Positions 1-11,149 of a stretch of DNA of 64,000 nucleotides are shown here, one piece after another (positions within the stretch are counted from its first letter, which is position 1; each line of letters opens with the position of its first letter). Both the position numbers and the translations under genes were made by a program. The notes beneath the pieces were generated by a model. It made no database searches. It was not told where the DNA came from and worked only from the letters and a program-made list of their open reading frames with translations. This DNA comes from Raillietiella orientalis (Eukaryota). Where the stretch lies: contig JAYWIR010000010.1 in the NCBI GenBank assembly GCA_036172245.1, forward strand, positions 248,001-312,000, in the 5' to 3' direction.

Positions 1-1450
1 GGAGGCCTATATCATTAGGAAATAGCATTTATAGACTCTACACTGAATGCCTCACAGCGAAGGTTAAAGAATGGGTGGTGGAACAAAGGATCATCTGTCC
101 CCAACAAAAGGGCTTTTTACCCTTTGATGGTGTCTTAGATCGAAACTTTATACTTCAAACACGTCTTGACCATGCGAGAAGGAAGGCGGAAGACCTGGGA
201 CTTGTGTTCATCGACATATCCAACGCATTTGGCACAATCCCGCATAACTTAATGTTGCAAGCGCTAAAGGAGGCTGAGATTGGCGACCACTTTACTCAAC
301 TAGTCCAGGATATTTATAATGAAGCATATACCTTCATTCAATTGGACATGTCGACTGCTCGGCCTTTGATGGCTAAAGAGAGGCATCAAGCAGGGATGCC
401 CTTTGAGCTCCTTGCTATTCATAACAGCCATTGAACCTGCTCTACGGACATCTCTGGAAAGCTATGGAAAGAATCCATACTAGCCTATGCTAATGATCTT
501 GTCATCCTCGCCAAAAATGAAGATTTAAGTGACAGAATGGCACATCTACTGGACCTACTGAGTAGATCTGGACTCGCTGTGAACCCATCCAAATGCGGAT
601 CTTTCTACCTGCATGGAAAGACACCGAAGGGAGTAAGGAACTTGGCGCTCAAGGTTGGAGACACACCCATTCCGAGTTTGTCTCTAGCTGAGGCGTACCT
701 TGGTAAGCCCTTTGGTTTGGACATTTTCAAGCAACATCCGGATAGAGATGATATGCTGGAAAAAGCATGGAAGATCCTGTCGAATAGGCTAGCACCTTGG
801 CAAAAGTTGGATGCCATGAAGACATTTTATTTCCCAAGTCTAATACATTTTGAAAGGCTGGGAACGCATCCAAAAGTGACTAGTCGTTCCTCGACAAAGA
901 AATCAGAAGAATGATAAAAGAAATGCTCCATCTACCTCCCAGAGCGGCCAATGAATACATTTATGGTGACGGAAAGAAGGGCTACCTGGGAATGATGAAA
1001 CTATCTGATGAAGCGGATACTTTTATATTGGATTCTTTCTGACTGATGCTGCAGTTAAGAAATTGGCTTTATCCTCTCTACAAGAAGTTGTCTTGAAAAG
1101 GACCCCCTCTCCTCCAACAGATGATGATTTGGGAAATACCTTTCCTCAGAACAAGAAGGTAAATTTAAACGTGAAGGGGGTGACATCAAAAGTCTTTGGA
1201 CGGTGGGAAGGAAAGCCTCACGGAGGCTCTCCGCAACTTGGAACTGGGTCGACGGTGACCCGAAGATCTCCATATCTGATGTGACTATTGAAGAGGAAAA
1301 AGGTGGCTTCAACAACCCGGAGTCTCCAACGAGAAGCTTTCTTCGCCAACCTCCACGGAGTGCACGAGCTAACGACAACCCACGTCGAAGCAGCTGCTGC
1401 AGATCAGTGGGTAACGGGAGAGTCGCGAAGGGAAGCGTCATCAATGGTTA
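1..1450 (+). mobile_element. Decayed R2-superfamily non-LTR retrotransposon (Utopia/NeSL-like), RT region; cut by window start and apparently 3'-truncated
   Basis: Frameshifted RT motifs in order: RPISLGNSIYRLY (3-41), QQKGFLPFDGV, FIDISNAFGTIPH, GIKQGCPLS (~382), LAYANDLVIL (~480; YADD decayed to YAND), GLAVNPSKC, LAPWQKLDAMKTF, HLPPRAANEYIYG. The last two resemble Utopia/NeSL-type elements. No REL endonuclease recognised downstream. Confidence 0.85.
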
Positions 1451-1799
1451 AAGATTCTTTTTCTTCATCAAGTCACTTTGAGTATTTCCAGCTGCGTTAT
1501 CAGAGTTCCTCCGGTGCTTTTCTCTTGAAAAGTCCCCCCCCCCCTTTTTTGTTCTTCCAACTCAGTTTGGAAGGAAATTCGAAAAAAATTCGCCCATTCA
1601 AACGCCCATCCTTTGCAAGGAAGTTATCTCGGCCGATTCGATCCCGGATCATTCGTTGCTCGTGCAAAGCCCTTCCAAGAGGGACTGCCGCGCGATTCGC
1701 CAAAGATTTATCAACAATCCGTCAAGTTCCTAATCCATGAAAACAGCAGAAGTGATCTGGAGTTCATGAGGTGGGGAGGAACACGGCGAAGTGAACGGA

Positions 1800-3430
1800 G
1801 CGCTGCAACCAAAGGCTCCTCAGCCAAATCGACTCGATGGACAACGCGTCAACTACAAGCATCCTCCGGAAGATGGGGACCTGATCACGGAACAGGGTTC
1901 TCAGTCTCGGAGCGCCGGTGTTGGAAGTGGCAGAGGAAAGGACATCAGGTGGCCTCCAAGAGAGCGAAAGATAGAGGGAAGCCAACACGAAGGATGACCG
2001 GACCAAGCGGATCGCTTTCGCATGAAAAAACAAGGCGCGCACGTGCGCACGCCGCCGCTTCCGCAGCAGAAAGGCGGCGCAAACTCCCACAGGAAGACGC
2101 CGGTTTCCAAAATCGCAAACAGACACATTTCCGGTGCACGCTGGAAGGCGGTTGGGTTTCCGAAACGGGGCTTCAGCGCCGGCAGAAGTGTCGCGGGCCA
2201 GGACATATCGAAGCACCAAATCACGACCTGTCCCACGGGGCTCAAAGCACGCCTTTCCTGTTTCCTCCTCCTTGCCACTCCGCGATCTCAGATTGCGTAC
2301 GTCGTCGCACGTGCCCGGGTTCGCACACAGCCCACCCAGACCATCCTGGACGAGCCTTTGACAACGGAACAAGGTCTCTCTCTCATCCGTCCTGCTGAGG
2401 TGCCCAGGCGACGTCCAGCAGTGCGGACTGATGTTACGGCGAGTCACTGTTCTGACATGGGAAAACAGCTGGATCCGCTGCTGCACCGTGAACGGTGGTG
2501 CCTGGCTGCAGGAAACCGTTCGCACGTGGGCGAAGATCCAGGAGTCGCGCTTGCGCTGCTCATCTTACAGCGGGTGCCCGCTCCAGTAAATGCTCGTTCA
2601 TCCCAGAAGGAGAGCGCGAGCAGAGCAAGCCTCCCTTGCTGTGGCGCTGCCTCCCTTGATGGAACTGGTCAGCATCAGCCTACCGGCAGGATGGCAGGTC
2701 GTGTGCGAACTAGGTTGAAGAAGGAAAGCGTTAGGTGCGTGGACAACGGGACAGCCGACCGATGCTGTGACCCCAAATGTCCCACCTAAAGGACTTTTGC
2801 GCTGGGGTGAACTGCTAGGAATTCCTAGGGGAGACCTCGAGTGGCCCCCAGTGCTGAAAAACTCTCTCACTCTTCCTCCTAAATGGCAGGAGTCGGCGAC
2901 CCAGTTGTTGCATTGGGGCCTCCCGTGCAACGCCCTCCGGTTCCGGAACCGGAAGGAACTGGACCCGGAAGGAGGCGGGGTTGAGTCCGAACTGCAGCAG
3001 GTGCGGGGAACGAGAGACCCTCCCTACTTGCTCCGGCCCCTGTGGGAACGCTTTGCCGCGACCCTGGGATCTCCAGAAGGCAACCCCAGAGGTGTTTTAG
3101 GACGCCTTTTCTTTCGAGGTGCCCTACCACCAGCTAGCTTTCTGCTGCCTAGGCAGGATTGCGGCTGCCTGGCGCGCCGACCAGGGAGGCGAAGACACGA
3201 GATGGGATGCCACCCATTTCGCGGTCAGCTTCGTGAGGACGCCCCATCTGGGGAACATGCAGTGCGAGCCTGCCGGCATCCTTGAAAGGATGCAGAGGAC
3301 ATTCCATAGCAGGCAGTGATTGCATTCCTTACCCCCCAGAGTGTGTTTTTATATCTATTTTTTTTTTTTATTTTGCTTTCTTTTTGTTTGGTCCCCTCTG
3401 ATCCTCTCCGGTCTGCTTGCCAGTTTCTCG
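1800..3430 (+). mobile_element. 3' portion of the L1/Tx1-like family (post-RT region, zf-RVT-like region, 3'UTR), decayed
   Basis: LLRWGELLGIP..WPPVLKNSLTLPPKWQESATQLLHWGLPCN (~2790-2930) is homologous to the minus-strand copies at 48380-48480 and 50980-51120. CTLEGGW (~2135) matches CAPRKDGGLG. A T-rich 3'UTR lies at 3340-3400. The 5' boundary is uncertain. Confidence 0.7.
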
Positions 3431-5069
3431 ACAAGTTCCCAGATGAAACGAACGTGGTGGTAGCGACAGTCTCACCACTGCCTTTGTAGGTTTTCTTGTT
3501 AGACTAAACGTCCCGGAGCGATCAGCTGAGAAGAAACGAGGTCCCTTTCGAGCTACACACGGAGGAATGGAATTGCTCCAACGGCACCAGCACGCAGGTG
3601 CTACCTGTACGCGGGACATTGAGCCGGAAAGAACACATTTACTGAAACCAGTCCACCAAGGGTTCCACGACATTATACTGCATTATCCAGAATTTAATCT
3701 GTCCCGTGCAGTTCACTTTTTTTTAAAACAAACAAACAAACGAAAACTCGGATTTTATTATGGTTTGTTTGCTTTTTTCAGGATAGCGCAGCCATCTTAT
3801 CACGTACGTTTGCTCTTGATTTAAAGCCATCTGAAGCAAAGCATTTCAAAGGGGAGTAGGACGGGAAAACTCTTGGCTGGACGGAACACACACAAATGGG
3901 CGGAAAGCGACGTGGAGGCAATCAGTCGCAGGAGGAGGTGCGGGGGCAAGGATACGATCGCGAGCCCCCCCTCTCTCCCCCTTTCCGCGTTTCAGAGGTT
4001 CACGATGAGCTGCAGAGCCGTGTTCGGAATCTCGAAACGACTCCCAGTGGGGCACGGAGATTCCCACGCCCTGGGCACGGGAAACGCCGAGCGGTGGGCG
4101 CTGCTGCGCACGATTCGTCGCACCCATCGTCGCACCCCCCTCTGGAAGCTCCAGGAGAGCTGCTGTTGCTGCCGAGGCTTTTCGAACGTGGACAGGCAAG
4201 GGGGTGCCGACGCCTAGCCAGAGGAAACAGCAGGATTCGGGAACGAAATCCGACTTCCTGGAAGAAAATCAGGGAGAAGTAGCCAAACCTTTGCCTTGCA
4301 CCAAAAAAAGAAGAAAAACATTAAGATTGAGATCAGCACGAGGAAGGGGAAAAAAAAAATGTGACTTAACAAACATCGGTGTTCAATCATTCGGAGGCGT
4401 GGCGTGGTACACAAACCAATGGAGTCATTTCCGACTTTTTCGAGGCGTTGGTTATTTTGGTTGCTGATGCAACCATCCTAAAGAGGTTGTTAGAACGCTT
4501 GAGGTTGTTAGAATCCTTCCTAAGATAGCACAGTTCTAACTGAACGACATGAAACACGTAACCCGAAAATCAGAGGTTTCGCATGAAACGCGATTGCAGT
4601 ATTCTTTTATTTTCATTTTTTGAGTGCCTTGAGCTGGGCAGCCTCCTTTGATCTCAAGCCCACCGGTGTCTAAGATGCCCAAAGAAATACGTCTGTCATT
4701 AGACCCGGGACTGTTGCCAAAGGAATGCTGCACCGTCTGGTCATTTTCTGACCTCAACTTCACATTCGTACTCGGGCTTGCTGGACGAAATGGTTGTAAA
4801 AAGGCACGCGGCGATTTTGCGACCCTGAGAAACGACCGACGTGACCAAAACGAAGGAGCTCGAAAGACGAGCAAAGTAACGATTTTCATCTCCGTACTCT
4901 ACATCTTCATTTTCATCTCATTACGGGAGATCGCCTGCTTGTACGCAACCCATCAATAACCGGAATCCATCTTTTAGCACGAAACAAGGAATGAGAAATC
5001 TTTTAGGAAGGCGAATAATCTTTCCGTTCCTTAGAACGATGTCTCCAAATAAATTACATTCACTGACAA

Positions 5070-6060
5070 AGCAACCGCATGTCTTGCCCATAATTAATCT
5101 CTTTGATGAATCCACAAAGAAAAAAAAAAAGACTTTATAGTTGTCAGCTGCCCCAGGAACGGATTTTGCAAACGTGTTCGAGAAGAGATGCTCCCAAGCT
5201 CTTGAATCGTGATGGCGAATGATTTGGTTTTTTTCAAGAAGCTTCCATAAGAAGCACCGGCAACTCCACAGGGTACTTTCTCAGACCAAAGGCGTTCCAC
5301 TGCGATCCCTTGGGGTGAATTTTCGAGAACCTGCAAAGTGTTTGCTCAGCGCCGATCAATCCCACAGTCCATCTAGAGTTGTAAAATATCGATAAAAAGA
5401 TCTGCTTATAATCTGTCACACATAATTTCCAGAATAGTGGTTCACTTCTGTCTGAGTGGATGTTGGGGTACTGCGTCATAAAGTTCTCGCGTTGTACGCC
5501 CATCAGTTTAATCAGATCTCATAAGTTTTGAGCGATGTCTGGTCTCCCAACTTTGAAGACCCACTCTGAAATCGGATCTACTCCAGCGTTCAAGTAATGC
5601 AACTTTCAAACACGATTCTTTTCTCATAACTCAGCTAATGGAAAGATCATTTCTGGGATTTTTCCAAATCCAAGCACTCTCCTGCTCAAATACACCGCCA
5701 AAGTGTCTTTTTGTTTCCAAGAGTACAAAATTTCCCAGGTATCATATTAATCTTAGTTACAGCATCTTCATTAGCACAAAAGACACCACGCTGGTAAAGC
5801 ACTCACTGCACCTCTTCCTTCTCTCTCGGTTCTTCCTTTGTGTACTTCGGGAAGAACACGTTCGTTCTTAAAGCATGGATTCCCCGCAATTTGGTATCTG
5901 CTGTTTCGAAGAAATGCCTCCCATATCGACCAGTGTTTAACGCAAGATATTTTGTATACACAATGCAATGATTCGCTCGATTCCTGATACATAAATGGAG
6001 CACAATCAATTTTTAAGTAGTATGTATCTATTTGCAGGTAAAGGTGGTTTTGATTACACC
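5070..6060 (+). pseudogene. Endogenous viral element, Chuviridae-like L polymerase, part 1 (CR I to motif C), decayed
   Basis: Collinear remnants across frames: LPIIN (~5084, GHP region), IDKKIC (5388, cf. DKTIS), TRFFSHNS (5611), SFLGFFQIQALS (cf. YLDxFSDEQAMT), ILVTASSL (~5750, cf. motif A DASxW), NASHIDQCLTQDIL (~5913-5954, cf. AGGIEGLNQDTW), FK*YVSICR (~6012, cf. FKYHIFCKGDD). May extend 5' to ~4240. Confidence 0.6.
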
Positions 6061-7032
6061 AAAACACGTCATAACCAAGTGTAAAATTGATAATCCTTTG
6101 CTACTCCTCCATAAAACCAACAGTTGCGTCATTTGGAATAATAATCAAAAAAAAAAAAAGAAAAGGAAACCAGTGTGACGTACCACCCATGCACGATATG
6201 ACTATTCCATAAATCTACGAGAAAACCGTGTCAATGCTTAGTGTGCATAAAAACATGTGGGTTTTGCACACGCAGATTAAGTGAGATTGTTTTCAAAAAT
6301 CAAACGAGCGCTAACTTGGCGCAAGATCACGAAACTAGCTTTTGAAATTATGTACTAGGCATGGCACCAAGTCCTGTGCAGTACACAAACTGCAACAGAA
6401 CAGTAAAATGAATTTGAAATCGAGAACTTTTAACGTGTAATTAGTAATGCATGCAGAAGCATTCAATTGTGAGCTGTGGCATAACCTATACATTTACTGT
6501 TTGAATATTTGGACATCCAAAGAAACAATAACGCATTCTTCAAGTTGGCGCTTCTTATCCTACATCTTTTTTCTTTCAGAAAATGTACTGTATACGATCT
6601 TTTCCTGAATATACATCTCAGCTATAGAAATAAAAAACAAAAACACGTTATAAATTACTATTGTGCAGCGAGTACGGCTTCGCAAGGAAATTACCGCAAT
6701 CGCATGCAGCACCCCTGCCTTGCCGTGCAGCGCGGCCTGCGTTGGAGTGCGTTTGTCGCAAGGTGCGTGTTCCGGACTGGAGCTTCTGATCGGTAAGTGG
6801 AAATTTATTCACACACACAAAAAATGCTCACGTCCACGCTTCAAGATACGCCAAGAGACCAACAAGAATTTACATGTGGCCACGAGACCATCTTCGCCCT
6901 TGTTCCAAACCCCATGAATCAGGATTGAAAAAAATAAAATAAAAAATTGGTTTCATGCACATCAGTCGAGCATTCTGCGACAAGAAACGCCTCGGTGATA
7001 AAGTTCCATGGAAAATGCTTTGATAAATTTAC

Positions 7033-7038
7033 TTTATT
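7033..7038 (-). promoter_or_regulatory. Candidate polyadenylation signal of DNAJC12
   Basis: AATAAA on the minus strand about 220 nt past the stop codon. Confidence 0.4.
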
Positions 7039-7258
7039 GAAGGGGCATGGTTTTTAGAATGTGCAAAACAAGCATGATGCATTTCAGAATGCAGCTACTT
7101 CTTACGTTTCGATGTCATGTGCTGTGGTACAAGCGTTAAAACAAGCTGTTACATAATATGTAATATCTAAGTACAGATAAGAAAGTAGTGGACATGCAAG
7201 CAGAGTTCTAGGCAGAGGAAATGAAGTTGCTGCTGCTTAATGCAGTTGGAATGTTAAA

Positions 7259-7844
7259 TCAAATTTCGTAGTTTTTGAATTTTTGGAGCAACTGATCCTG
7301 GCAATATGACCTTGGCAGGTGCTGAGATGTGAAATTCGAAGTCGGAACTTTCAAGTTTTCAGCAGCATTATCCTCCAATGTACGCCTTGAAATTTTGGGA
7401 ACGGCCCAATGAAAACTCTAAAGATCATATAATCTTTGGCCACACAATGTTCTACTCACACTTTGCAAGTGGTCTCCCATCACTGACCACTGACTGTAAG
7501 GTATTGCAATGCCACTTTTGCGCCATTTATCATATTTAGCCTTCTGCTGTGGATCACAGAGCACATCTTTTGCAAGCTAGGCAGCCTACTTTGTAATTTA
7601 TTGCTGTGTTTTTTGCAAATTTACCTTTAACTTTTTAAAATGAGCTTCTGCATCTGGATCGTTTGGGTTTTTATCTGGGTGCCACTGCATAGCAAGGTGC
7701 CGAAATTCAGTTAGTATTTGGTCGTTCTGCTGAAGAAATAAATCATATGTCATAGCATGTTCTCACCGAAGATGATTCATGACAGCCAAGAAGTGAATAA
7801 AAATCTTCGTCATCACTTCTTTGATACCTTAATATACTTTCCAT
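7259..7844 (-). CDS. DNAJC12: DnaJ homolog subfamily C member 12 (JDP1), 151 aa, 4 coding exons: 7844-7767, 7726-7625, 7576-7460, 7417-7259
   Basis: Spliced translation: MESILRYQRSDDEDFYSLLGCHESSS|NDQILTEFRHLAMQWHPDKNPNDPDAEAHFKKLK|LAKDVLCDPQQKAKYDKWRKSGIAIPYSQWSVMGDHLQS|SFHWAVPK...DQLLQKFKNYEI*. It has a J-domain HPD, plus the N-terminus and C-terminal KFxNYEI typical of DNAJC12. Introns are GT-AG, 40/48/42 nt, all phase 0. Missed by the ORF track. Confidence 0.96.
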
Positions 7845-8379
7845 TACCAACTTCCAAGAGCTAAATGTAACAGGAAGAAACACACATATTAGTATACAAT
7901 TTAAAGACTGGAACTGGAAATGAATTATGTATGTAATGTATTATGCCCTTGATGTCACAGCTGCTCAGGAAAGTTAGTGCATGTCTTTACATTGGGAGAG
8001 TGTATTATCAATTTTTACACAGATTAACACAATCAGGACAGATCTCTTTCTGAGACCAGTCAGCAAATGCAGAAGAGAATGCGTGAAATGGTTTAACACA
8101 AAACCAGACTTAAAAAATGGGCATGATTTCTCAGGTGATGGCTGCACTTGTTCCAAATGCAGTGATTAACAGCAGACACACCATAATGCCATAAAAATGC
8201 AGCTGCCATGCTCAACAAACATTAGACACATAACAGAGAAAATACATTTCCTACTAAAACGGAAAGCATAATCCAATTAAGGAAAAATTACAATTTCCTG
8301 TACAATTGGCATGACTATGCTTCCATATGTAAGTGCTCATTTAGCAAAACGATTCCCAAACTCAGGTACTTTTGCGGTT

Positions 8380-9750
8380 TGCACTTTCCAAGTGTACCTC
8401 CCCGTGACCAAACGAAACCAAGAACCACATTTTTCATTCTGCGTGGAAGAAAATCAAAATTGTTTCCATGGGCGTACACAACCGTTGGGAAAAGCTTAGG
8501 CGCCATGTCGCCCACGCTCATGGCTCAACATGGCCAGTCGGACATTACGTTCCCATTCTGCACGAAGCTTCTGTACTTAAGAATAGATTGTTCTTGCCAA
8601 AAAAAAAAAAAAAAGCGGTCAGGCTCCTTTCCCTTATGAAATTGGGGAGCGGCAGTGCAGCTACTCGTTCGAAATAAATAGCCATTATTTACACACTCTC
8701 TCAAGCAACAGAGCTCTGCACCGAATCGTTTTCCTTCACCAAGGTGCTCATCAGAAAGTCCTCTTCATTATCAAGGGAACTACGGAGGACATCAGGTACG
8801 AATTAAGGCAGCCGTGGTTGGATTCCATAGATGCTTAAAAGGACCAAGATCCCTCCCTGTTCGTCAGGTAGTTTTAAGGCGTTAAAGAGTACTAATATAT
8901 TCTAATGCTCCAGAAGTTAGATAACTTTTAAGCATTCAGAACGAACTGCTTCAGCTGTTGAGAAACGCAGAGGATTCGGTCGTGCTGGAATGGAAGATTC
9001 TTAGGAATCGAAACTGACCTGCCGGCATGTTGAAAGAGTCTGAATCTAAATTGTGGGCAGTCGAGTCGAAAACGAGGGTTGAAGTTGCACTGTGTTTCGA
9101 GACGGAGCGGAAAGAGAGGACTGAATCGTTCTGGAAGAAGGATTCGTGGTCAAACGCGGCCATCTTTCAGATGAAATGACCGCACGTTGGTTTTTCAAAG
9201 CTGGCAAGCCTAACATGTGAGGTGCCTCTGGGAACATTCCTTTCGATCCTACAACCCCCGGTTCACCTCCGCCACACTGGGGTGGCCGAAAACCTTTGTC
9301 CTTTGATCCACGGAACGATTCGATCACGCGGTATCTGAATTATGTAGTCGCGTCTGCACCGAGGATCCCTCACCCTCGGCAAGGTTTTCTCGGGTCGCTT
9401 GACCTTGTTTTTTTTTTTTTTTCTTCCTTCCCGGCGTGGCCCCACACCTCCCTGTGGCACGGAGTTTCTGCAACTGCAAAGTTCCCAGCAGCCGGATGCC
9501 CGGGAGGATGTCATTCCTCGAGTCAGTGTCATGCTGCATCCGTGATGTGGCCTCGGAGCAGTCGCGTGCCACCCTCTGGAACCCCTCGAGCCCAGTTGTC
9601 CGAAACACGGGTCCATCTTTCATCAACAGCCATCTTTCGACCGAGAGGAACCGCTTGCTTCCCAGATGCATGTGCAGCTTGTTCGGGGCATTTGTTGCAA
9701 TATATGGGTGCCGACCGTCTTCGAAACCCTCCCCTTGGTAAGAATTTATC
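8380..9750 (+). pseudogene. Endogenous viral element, Chuviridae-like L polymerase, part 2 (motif D/E to capping domain), decayed
   Basis: EPHFSF (~8422, cf. SEVYFAFSK), LFPWAYTTVGKSLGA (cf. LPQxFRKIQKCYGA), SHSAR (~8551), RIVFLHQ..VLIR..SESPL (8722-8767, cf. PIIYLHNMFVRAESDLL), LKGPRSLPV (~8835, cf. KDPYSLP), IQNELLQLL, LCFETER (~9090, cf. RKFESAR), LWEH..ILQPP (~9227-9260), SFLESV (~9510). Confidence 0.65.
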
Positions 9751-11021
9751 TTTCGCTGGGTGACTGCTCATCCGTAATCTGTCGACCCGAACGATGTACT
9801 TGCCATGCACTATGCAATTTCGTGTACAGAGTCAACAACAGTATGGAATTATACGCATCGAAAACACGTAATTACCTTAAAAACTTCTTTTTTTAATCCT
9901 TTAGGCTGATGTGTGTGTTCCCTAAATTATATCGGTCACCAAAAATGAAGTACACGAAATTAGCTTGGTCTTCACGCATATTTTCTTTCGTTGAGTTGGC
10001 TTTTTGATTGTGCGATAAGTACGAACAGTATGGGTGTGGGCATTCGTTTTGGAATGCCGGAACCGTTCTATTTTCCGAGGATCAAAGATCTCTGTTTCCA
10101 CAGCGGTGGGGACCGCGTGCGCCAGAGGTTCTTGGGATAGCCGACCCCGTGTGTGGGACGAAATGAAGAATTCCTTACTTCAGCAATTACTGTTTCCCAA
10201 AGTGGCGACAGGAATGCTCCTAGCAAAGGCAGTCTTCATCAGGACAGGCACGGGGATCTCTGTGTGCATCCCTGTCAACCGCCGAGTTTTGGGAATTCTA
10301 TCATCATAGGACATCAGTCACGAGCGACCACTTGGATTTTGTTTGCTCCATGGATGCTTTCAACTTTAAAATGAGGCGTGTGAATGCACCGCATGTATTT
10401 TTCTTTCTCCTTCTCTTCCGCCGAAAGCGTCGAAGAGGCATCTTCCTGCAGGATAAATTCCGGAATGATGCATACAATATCAATAAGCAGAGTGTACCTT
10501 GCGGATGCGAGATTCCTTGATTAAACCGATTGCAGAATCGGAGCTGCAGGCATCCGTGCTGCTTTGAGCTCATCCAGAATCAAGTAACATAGCTTCACAC
10601 GACATATTTGTTGGAGAACTCCGATCAGAGTTGCCACTCTGTTCGCATCACACGTTTGCTAGCGTACCCAGGGACTACTGTACAAGTGTCGGGCTGTCCT
10701 GTATTCATTCTTTGGCAAGTACAGAATGCACGCACGTTGTCTGTGAAGGTTTTTTTTTCGCATAAGAGAGAGAGAGAGAGAAAAAAAAATATGAATCTGC
10801 TTTCAAGAATTCTAGTGATCACGATGACCACATTATAAATTTCTTACGGCCTGTTTCAGAAACCGCCACCATTTGCGGAGGGATTTATGGCTGCTTCAAC
10901 GAGCGTTCCCTCATTTCCATTTTCTTGGGACGCCATCTCCTTCTCTCTGCTCTGCTTGTCCCACATTCAGCATTACTGGCAATAGTTCAGTCCTGATAAC
11001 GGCCACATCATGCACTTTTTC

Positions 11022-11053
<32 letters not shown>

Positions 11054-11149
11054 TCATGCACGTAGGATATTTATTTATAGACTCACTGCTTGAGGTTTCT
11101 ATATACAGTCTCAAATGCACGTTCTCTGCTCTACCCAGCACCCATGTGA

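Noticed and set aside
3600..3660. PERTHLLKPV resembling an L N-terminal HLxSPI motif
   Set aside because: Single short motif without supporting downstream motifs.
4536..5503. Apparent minus-strand exons of an unknown host gene
   Set aside because: No coherent spliced product; at least part is the antisense shadow of the plus-strand L remnant.
6660..6800. GC-rich patch ending in a plus-strand GTAAGT donor
   Set aside because: No downstream exon or recognisable RNA structure could be supported.
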